Assembly: GCA_045546635.1 (NCBI GenBank)
Contig: JAZQDF010000034.1
Coordinates: forward strand, 1-26,502
Direction of reading: 5' to 3'
DNA: 26,502 nt
Source: Eubacteriales bacterium
Lineage (GTDB): Bacteria > Bacillota > Clostridia > Oscillospirales > CAG-272
How positions within the stretch are numbered: position 1 is the stretch's first letter; the number at the start of each line of letters is the position of its first letter. A program made the position numbers and the translations under genes. Under the pieces are notes generated by a model. It was not told where the DNA came from and did no database searches. It saw only the letters and a program-made list of their open reading frames with translations. Positions 16,517-22,984 of the stretch are shown here, one piece after another.

Positions 16517-16568
16517 TGTCCCAAATTTGTCGCATAACCGTTGAAAAGGGCGAAAAAAGTGGTATAAT
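16517..16568 (+). promoter_or_regulatory. Operator copy 2 (degenerate) just upstream of a full promoter for the hypothetical-WYL operon
   Basis: TGTCCC-AAATTT-GTCGCA (16517-16534), then TTGAAA(16541-16546)-16-TATAAT(16563-16568). Confidence 0.55.
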
Positions 16569-16626
16569 GTATTTAGCAGCAAAAAATAACGATGCTATTA
16601 CGAACAAAAAATGACGGAGGTTATTT

Positions 16627-17733
16627 ATGAATATCAATGAATTTATAGATAAAATCAGGGAATTAAACAACAAATCCTATTCATACGGAAATGAAATTTT
16701 TTATCTTATGGGAAGATCATCTGACATCCTGACAGACCGAATCAAGCTTGAGGGTGCTATGTGGATTATCGGAAGATCCTACGCGGCTTCTCCACAAAGA
16801 AGGAGCTATGGCACAACCGAAAACAGCTTTACACAAACGAACGATAAATACCACGACAGAGACGGGAGGGAAGGTGCGAATCGTCCCATCTGGCCGGTGA
16901 AAACTCAAAATGACGGTAGAGAAGGATTTTTTGACGAGGTTGCAAGGAGCCTCTCTCTCTCCTGCCTTAACGGAATACTACCGCACAGGGCTACAAAATA
17001 TAATTTTAAGCAAGTTATTATAAGAAAAAAGAAAAACAATAAAATAGAGTCGGTAAAAATTGACGAGAACGATCTTAACCTTCTGATAAAGTCTATTACC
17101 GCCGTTTTATCATTTAATAAGAGTCTTAGTAAAGCCATAGAAGAATTTGACGATGTGCCTGTTGGAAACATTTTTGACGGGAAGGCCGTCAATTGCAACA
17201 ATCACATCTCCTTTTCAAGCAAATTTCTGCACTTTATCTTCCCTGATATTGTTTTTATAATTGACTCCTATGCCTTTGATGGCGGCTGTGCTTTGTTTAA
17301 CGGTAAAGAAGATGAAAAAAACAGAAGATTTATCGTCACGCCTCCCAACGAGAACGACTTTTTTGATAATAGCGTATACGAGCAATTTGATAAGAACGTT
17401 GTAAAAGAAATAATAAATCAGATAAACGATAAAATAAAGGATGGCTCTGCCGGCGAGGGCGAGAGCAATATCTCGTCGACCGACGATGACGGTCTTGATG
17501 GAAAGAAATATATCGCTCACTGCGTTCGTTCCTATCTGATGGGTGTATTTCTGAAAAATCAAGGTATATCTCCTATTAATCATATTAAGAACGATCAGAC
17601 GTTTCAGCCTATGCCCCGACTTGTAGATTTGGTTTATCTGAATATTAAAAAACCCATATCCGAAAAGGAAGAAAAGTATCAGGAAATGCTGTCACTACTG
17701 TATTACACACCAGGTCATAACAACGGAACATAA
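16627..17733 (+). CDS. Hypothetical protein, AT-rich; weak resemblance to a helix-hairpin-helix glycosylase segment
   Basis: 368-aa ORF with GGAGG RBS. Motifs MWIIGRSYAASPQRR and SFSSKFLHFIFPDIVFIIDS. Visibly more AT-rich than flanking genes. Confidence 0.75.
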   Translation: MNINEFIDKIRELNNKSYSYGNEIFYLMGRSSDILTDRIKLEGAMWIIGRSYAASPQRRSYGTTENSFTQTNDKYHDRDGREGANRPIWPVKTQNDGREGFFDEVARSLSLSCLNGILPHRATKYNFKQVIIRKKKNNKIESVKIDENDLNLLIKSITAVLSFNKSLSKAIEEFDDVPVGNIFDGKAVNCNNHISFSSKFLHFIFPDIVFIIDSYAFDGGCALFNGKEDEKNRRFIVTPPNENDFFDNSVYEQFDKNVVKEIINQINDKIKDGSAGEGESNISSTDDDGLDGKKYIAHCVRSYLMGVFLKNQGISPINHIKNDQTFQPMPRLVDLVYLNIKKPISEKEEKYQEMLSLLYYTPGHNNGT

Positions 17734-17751
17734 GAATAGGAGAAAAAATAT

Positions 17752-18726
17752 ATGGAACCCAAAAAGCTCGCCCTGCTTCGCATCTGGCAGATACTGCTGA
17801 AGCACAGCGATTACGATCATCCTCTGACGCAGGAGGATATTATCAGATACCTTAACGACGATTACGGAATAGAGATAGAGAGAAAGGCGGTAGGAAAAAA
17901 TATCGCCGACCTTCGCGATGCGGGAATTGACATCGGCTCTCGCCGTGCGGGAAGCTATATCAACAGCCGCGAGTTTGAGGACTCGGAGCTGAGGCTGCTG
18001 ATAGACGGCGTGCTTCAGAGCAAGCATATTACCGCCCATCACTCAAAGGATCTTATCGACAGGCTTTGCGGTCTGTCAAACAAATACTTCCGCTCCCACG
18101 TGAAGAACGTGTACTCGGTAAACGATTGGAGCAAGACCGACAACCAGGCCCTCTTCTACAACATAGACGTTATTGACGAGGCAATTGCCGAGGGCAAGCA
18201 GGTGCAGTACGACTACAACAAGTACGGCATTGATGCAAAGCTGCACCGCTCCTCCTTCCAGCGTGTAAGCCCCTATCAGCTTATACTGCACAACCAGCGG
18301 TACTATCTTATGGGATACAGCGGATATTGGGGACACATTACCTTCCACCGCCTTGACCGTATCACGAATATGCGGATATACGACTATCCCATTACACCCG
18401 TAACGAAGGTCAAGGGCTACGAGAACGGAATAGATTTCAAGAAGATCGCCTCTACAATGCCCTATATGTATACCGACACGCCCGAGCGAATCGAGTTTAT
18501 TGCAGACAAATTCATCGTGGATCAAATAGTAGATTGGTTCGGCAGGGATATAAAAATGACCGCCGTTGCCGAAGATCCGAAGAAGGTCAGGGTGGAGCTT
18601 ATGTCAAGCCCGCTGGCTATGGAGCATTGGGCGTTGCAGTATCTTGACCACGTAGAGATCCTTAAGCCACAGAGCCTGCGTGACAAAATAAGAGAAAGTC
18701 TCCTCAAGGGCCTTGAAAAGTACTGA
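17752..18726 (+). CDS. WYL-domain transcriptional regulator (wHTH-WYL-WCX)
   Basis: wHTH LLRIWQIL...HPLTQEDII...IERKAVGKNIADLR, WYL RVSPYQLILHNQRYYLMGY...FHRLDRI, WCX IVDQIVDWFG...WALQYLDHVEILKPQSLR. Confidence 0.93.
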   Translation: MEPKKLALLRIWQILLKHSDYDHPLTQEDIIRYLNDDYGIEIERKAVGKNIADLRDAGIDIGSRRAGSYINSREFEDSELRLLIDGVLQSKHITAHHSKDLIDRLCGLSNKYFRSHVKNVYSVNDWSKTDNQALFYNIDVIDEAIAEGKQVQYDYNKYGIDAKLHRSSFQRVSPYQLILHNQRYYLMGYSGYWGHITFHRLDRITNMRIYDYPITPVTKVKGYENGIDFKKIASTMPYMYTDTPERIEFIADKFIVDQIVDWFGRDIKMTAVAEDPKKVRVELMSSPLAMEHWALQYLDHVEILKPQSLRDKIRESLLKGLEKY

Positions 18727-18748
18727 TTGGACTGATTTTTTCCCATTG

Positions 18749-18782
18749 TGTCCCAAAAAATGGACACGCCCTTTGATATATT
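18749..18782 (+). promoter_or_regulatory. Operator copy 3 plus -10 box for the 271-aa gene
   Basis: TGTCCC-AAAAAA-TGGACA (18749-18766)-10 nt-TATATT (18777-18782) with TGn. Confidence 0.7.
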
Positions 18783-18816
18783 TATATTGAAAGGATAATT
18801 GGGAAGGATAAATGCT

Positions 18817-19632
18817 ATGATTTTGAAAAACATTACTATTCAAAATCTCGGATCTATCGATTACTTATCACAGGATTTTTCAGACCGACTTAATATAATT
18901 CACACCCACCGGCCCGACGAGCTGTTTTATGCAATAAGGCTGACGCTGAACCATAAGATACCCACGCAGAAAATTATAGCCGATCAAAGCACGAGGATCG
19001 AGGCGAAGGTAAGGCTCGACGGCAGGGATTACAGCGTAACCGTTGCCCCCGACAGATCGGGCATACTGCGGCTTATCTGCTACGGCGAGGGCGGACTTAT
19101 GGATACCGATCAATACCTGTATCTGTCATCGCATTGCTACGAGCAGGATAACGCCGACACCTACGACGGAGACGATCGGGACTCGGTGCCGAAATTTTTG
19201 AAATATTTAAACGAGGATTGCTATTTTGAACCGCGTGAGCTGTCAGAGAGGACGGATGGACTGTCTGATATAAAGGCCTTCCGCAGACAGCTGCGGCTGT
19301 TTGCCGATAAATTTGAGCCGCGTCTTTTACGCGATGGAAAGCAATACGAGATAACGGTAGACGAAAATGGCAGGTATGACCTACGAGGACGAAGCTCACC
19401 AGACGAGGCTGTGCATCTCAGCGAGAGCGAGGACGTGCTGTTTAGTTATCTATGCTTTTTATATACGGCAAAATTCTGGAGCGATTTTGACGAGATTCGT
19501 GATTTTAACCGGATAAAAAAGCCGATTATCGTAAAATCCTTTTTTGAGAGATTAGACGAGGGGATCGACACGTCGGAAATTTTAGATGAGACAGAAAAGG
19601 CAGAAAGACAGGTAATTATACTGAAAAGATAG
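18817..19632 (+). CDS. Hypothetical protein resembling a degenerate SMC/Rad50-type ABC ATPase head
   Basis: Start reassigned to ATG 18817. MILKNITIQNLGSI...LNII start typical of SMC-like ATPases but no GxxGxGKS/T; LSESE and PIIVKSFFERLD where the signature, Walker B and D-loop would be. Confidence 0.55.
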   Translation: MILKNITIQNLGSIDYLSQDFSDRLNIIHTHRPDELFYAIRLTLNHKIPTQKIIADQSTRIEAKVRLDGRDYSVTVAPDRSGILRLICYGEGGLMDTDQYLYLSSHCYEQDNADTYDGDDRDSVPKFLKYLNEDCYFEPRELSERTDGLSDIKAFRRQLRLFADKFEPRLLRDGKQYEITVDENGRYDLRGRSSPDEAVHLSESEDVLFSYLCFLYTAKFWSDFDEIRDFNRIKKPIIVKSFFERLDEGIDTSEILDETEKAERQVIILKR

Positions 19633-19653
19633 TTTTTCTTGAAAACACAAAAA

Positions 19654-19692
19654 CCGGGCCGAAGGCATTTTGCCTTCGGCTCGGCTTTCTTT
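19654..19692. terminator. Bidirectional intrinsic terminator
   Basis: ccgggccgaaggca-ttt-tgccttcggctcgg followed by ctttcttt and preceded by an A run. Confidence 0.85.
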
Positions 19693-19813
19693 AACCGTCC
19701 GTTCCTACGGGATCTATCCTTGCTGCCTTTACTCTTACCGACCGAGTGAAAATCGGCAACGGAGGACAGAAGCGAGTTAAGCTCGGGCAGGTTATGGAGC
19801 TTGTTTACACCCC

Positions 19814-20260
19814 TCATTTATATTTTTCAAGAGCTGAAAACAGCTTGTTATAAACCAGCTGATTAGGATAATATCTGTAATCCGCGAAAATCTCTATACC
19901 GCACCCGAAGAAATGCTGCATTATTGCGGCGGCAGCGGCGGCACTTCGGCTCTGACCGAAATCGCACTGGCAGATAATATCAAGACCGTCCTCTCTCGCC
20001 TTATAGATAAACTCTGCGAGGCTGTCTGCCTCTGTAAAATAGCTGTCAAGGGTATAGCCGAAATCGGGCAGTATCTCAATATCGATATCGGGTATTCCGA
20101 CGAAGAACACACGCTCGGCACAGCCGTGAAAATCCACACGGCGTCCCTCTCCCCCGCCGTTCATATTCGGGGTAAAAAAGCTTATTACCGCACATTTTTT
20201 AGGGAACCCCTTCCCTATAAGCTCGGTGATGGCTGCTCTTGATAGGATCTCGATCTTCAT
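19814..20260 (-). CDS. Cys-based (PTP/dual-specificity-like) phosphatase
   Basis: CX5R loop IICQCDFGQSRSAAAA, downstream YPNQLVY, AAGGAG RBS. Confidence 0.8.
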   Translation of the reverse strand: MKIEILSRAAITELIGKGFPKKCAVISFFTPNMNGGGEGRRVDFHGCAERVFFVGIPDIDIEILPDFGYTLDSYFTEADSLAEFIYKAREDGLDIICQCDFGQSRSAAAAAAIMQHFFGCGIEIFADYRYYPNQLVYNKLFSALEKYK

Positions 20261-20352
20261 ATTTTCTCTCCTTTAATAATATTAACAACAGAACGGGGCC
20301 GGCTGCCGTCAGAGTACGACGGTAGGTGTCGCGAATGAAGAATTCCTGACTG

Positions 20353-20381
20353 TTGCATTTGCCGATGTTTTATGGTATAAT
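20353..20381 (+). promoter_or_regulatory. Additional full sigma-A promoter upstream of the 337-aa gene
   Basis: TTGCAT(20353-20358)-17-TATAAT(20376-20381) with TGn. Confidence 0.55.
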
Positions 20382-20382
20382 T

Positions 20383-20432
20383 ATTATAATCAAGCTTATG
20401 TCCCGAAAAGAGGACGGTACAAGCAGTATAAT
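20383..20432. promoter_or_regulatory. Operator copy 4 flanked on both sides by -10 boxes (bidirectional)
   Basis: ATTATA(20383-20388)-10 nt-TGTCCCGAAAAGAGGACG(20399-20416)-10 nt-TATAAT(20427-20432). Confidence 0.8.
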
Positions 20433-20523
20433 AATTACGGAAACGGGGCGGCGACCACCTTTTCCTGCTTTCAGACCTATAATAAGGCTCGCAGAAAATT
20501 CTAATTTAGCATCGGAGGGTATT

Positions 20524-21537
20524 ATGATTAACAGAAAGGTAATTCACAAGACTTTTGGAGAAGGAGTCATTATCGGATTCGAGAATAATATTGCAACGGT
20601 ACGGTTTTCCGAGCGAGACGTCGATTTCCGTTATCCCGACGTATTCGCAAGATATCTTCGCTTTACCGACGAGGCTCTTCAGAGCGAGGCCGAGGAGATG
20701 GCGATAGAGTCTATAAAAATAAAGGAAGAGGAAAAAAAGAAAAAAGAGAGGGAGCGAGCAGAGGAGCTCTACCGCCACTATCAGCATCAGCTTGCCGAAA
20801 AGACGGGAAAACGCAAGCCCTCGGCGACACAGCTCAAATATGAGAAGGAGGGCAACCTTGCCTTCAAGTGTAATTTCTGTAACGGTGGCTGCTCATCCGA
20901 CTGCATCGGCTTCAAGGGAGTTTGCTCGCCGGAGACAATAAGGCATAATATCGAGAAGGAGAAGCGTACCTGGTGCTCTAACGAGGCCTCGGGCTGTGGC
21001 CGTTATTACCGCGGACTTATCGATTACGGTACGCTCTCTCAGATGCATAACGACTCCTTCGTTTGCTATGAATCAAGGATGCTCATAGACTGGACGGCCT
21101 TTGCCGGAGAGAATCTTGACAGCACGGGAGTACAGCGGGCGAGAAGAATAATGGGTGCAAAGCAAAACGGCCTTGCCGTTCTGACAACCGTGTTCCCGAA
21201 CGAGACCGACCGCGTTATTTTCGGCGTATTTATAACCGCCGAGACCGACGAGGGTGACGAGCGTTCTGCCGGCTATGTAAAGGCCGATCCCCAATATACC
21301 GTCGAGCTTACGCCAAGCGAGGCAAGAGGACTTAAGTTCTGGGATTATCACGAGAACTCCAACGGCAGCGTAGGACAGTGGAGCTCGGGACTTTACCGCT
21401 ATCTTAACAACGACGAGTGCGTCAGAATTCTGAAGCGGATAGTTGAGATCAAGACGGGTGCGGAAAAGACGAAGGCAGAAAAAGTGCTCCTCCGTTACGC
21501 CGCCCTCAAAGGCATCTCAAAGGAGGAGCTTGCATAA
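20524..21537 (+). CDS. Hypothetical protein: N-terminal Tudor/SH3-like domain, charged helix, Cys-rich domain
   Basis: Start reassigned to ATG 20524 (GGAGG RBS). KVIHKTFGEGVII pattern, KEEEKKKKERER coil, eight Cys from KCNFC to FVCYES. Confidence 0.75.
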   Translation: MINRKVIHKTFGEGVIIGFENNIATVRFSERDVDFRYPDVFARYLRFTDEALQSEAEEMAIESIKIKEEEKKKKERERAEELYRHYQHQLAEKTGKRKPSATQLKYEKEGNLAFKCNFCNGGCSSDCIGFKGVCSPETIRHNIEKEKRTWCSNEASGCGRYYRGLIDYGTLSQMHNDSFVCYESRMLIDWTAFAGENLDSTGVQRARRIMGAKQNGLAVLTTVFPNETDRVIFGVFITAETDEGDERSAGYVKADPQYTVELTPSEARGLKFWDYHENSNGSVGQWSSGLYRYLNNDECVRILKRIVEIKTGAEKTKAEKVLLRYAALKGISKEELA

Positions 21538-21572
21538 AAAAGCCCCATAAGCTGAGACCTTTTGATAAAAAT

Positions 21573-21618
21573 AAAAGTCGTGTGACGAGAAAACAATGCA
21601 CCGTCACACGACTTTTTT
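21573..21618. terminator. Bidirectional intrinsic terminator
   Basis: 15-bp perfect inverted repeat aaaagtcgtgtgacg / cgtcacacgactttt between convergent genes. Confidence 0.88.
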
Positions 21619-21634
21619 GTATTTTTTTGATTTA

Positions 21635-22837
21635 TCAGCCCTTCACGATCTCAATAACAAGATCAACGCATCTCTCCATCGCGTCCACCGAAACGTACTC
21701 AAAGCGTGAGTGATAGTTTCCGCCGCCCGTAGGAAGATTAGGACAGGGCAGGCCCATAAAGGACAATCTTGCACCGTCTGTGCCGCCGCGGATAGGAAGT
21801 GCGTGGGCGGTCATTCCCAGCCTCTCCATAGCCTGTGTAGCACGCTCTACGACGTACATCTTATCCTCCAGGATCTCCTTCATATTATAATAAGAGTCAC
21901 GGATAATAAGCTCTACCGTACCCTCGCCGTATTTTGCGTTAAGTGTAGCGGCCACCGACTCAAACTCTGCCTTGATGGCGGCGAATTTCTCCTTTGAGTG
22001 ATCGCGGATTATATATTTGGAAACAGAAAGCTCGGTCTCACCCTCGATAGAGAGAAGGTGGTGGAAGCCCTCGTAGCCCTCGGTTCTCTCGGGAACCTGA
22101 TCGGGTGTGAGAAGCGAATCAAATTCTGCCGAGATGCGAACGGCGTTGATCATCTTACCCTTCGCCGAGCCGGGATGAATTGCCCTGCCGTGTACCTTAA
22201 CCACTGCGGATGCGGCGTTAAAGTTCTCATACTCGATCTCACCGAGCGAGCCACCGTCAAGGGTGTATGCGTATTCCGCACCAAAGCCCTCTACGTCAAA
22301 GAGGTCGGCACCGCGACCGATCTCCTCGTCGGGAGTAAAGCCAATGCAGATCTTACCGTGGGGGAAGTCGGAATTTACGAGTCTTTCAGCCGCCGCCATA
22401 ATCTCGGCAACGCCCGCCTTATCATCCGCACCCAGCAGAGTCGTGCCGTCGGTAACAATAAGACGCTGGCCCTTAAGGTCGGCAACGTAGGGGTAATCCT
22501 TAAGCGAGAGAACTATTCCCTGCTCCTCATTCAGAAGAATATCGCCACCCTTATAGTCGATCATTTTCGCCCTGATATTCTCGCCGGGTGCATCCGACGC
22601 GGTGTCGAGATGTGCGATGAAGCCGATGGCAGGCATTCCCTCGCAATTTGCGGGAATAGAGGCGTAAACGTAGCCGTGCTCGTCAACTCTGGCATCCGAG
22701 ATGCCGATGTCAAGAAGCTCCTCGCAGATGGCCTCTGCCAGCACTCTCTGTCCCTCGGTAGATGGACAGCACTCGTTATTTTCATCCGACGTGGTCGGGA
22801 AGGATACGTATTTCAAAAATCTTTCGTATACAGTCAT
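21635..22837 (-). CDS. pepT: Peptidase T (M20B tripeptide aminopeptidase)
   Basis: Start reassigned to ATG 22837. ERFLKYVSFPTTS, GFIAHLDT, LLGADDKAG, FTPDEEIGRGAD, HGRAIHPG, PIRGGTDG, NYHSRFE. Confidence 0.97.
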   Translation of the reverse strand: MTVYERFLKYVSFPTTSDENNECCPSTEGQRVLAEAICEELLDIGISDARVDEHGYVYASIPANCEGMPAIGFIAHLDTASDAPGENIRAKMIDYKGGDILLNEEQGIVLSLKDYPYVADLKGQRLIVTDGTTLLGADDKAGVAEIMAAAERLVNSDFPHGKICIGFTPDEEIGRGADLFDVEGFGAEYAYTLDGGSLGEIEYENFNAASAVVKVHGRAIHPGSAKGKMINAVRISAEFDSLLTPDQVPERTEGYEGFHHLLSIEGETELSVSKYIIRDHSKEKFAAIKAEFESVAATLNAKYGEGTVELIIRDSYYNMKEILEDKMYVVERATQAMERLGMTAHALPIRGGTDGARLSFMGLPCPNLPTGGGNYHSRFEYVSVDAMERCVDLVIEIVKG

Positions 22838-22984
22838 TTTTATTTCCTCTTTTATATAAGCAAAAGGAGCCCTCGAATTGCCGTTTTCAGCTCTCAAGAA
22901 CTCCTTTCGCTTAGTATTTGTAAATATAAGTTGTCAAATATTAGATATTTGCAAGAATTTTATATATCTTTGGGGAAGGCTTGG

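Noticed and set aside
19446-19817. 123-aa ORF starting at an ATGA overlap with the phosphatase stop
   Set aside because: It runs through the terminator into the opposite gene and has low-complexity composition.
20353-20523. N-terminal extensions in the ORF track (also 9809-9853, 9952-10035, 12618-12689, 18799-18816, 22838-22897)
   Set aside because: They overlap promoter or leader elements, and downstream ATGs have clear RBSs.
15103-21537. Prophage or ICE interpretation of the island
   Set aside because: No phage structural, integrase, relaxase or conjugation genes.
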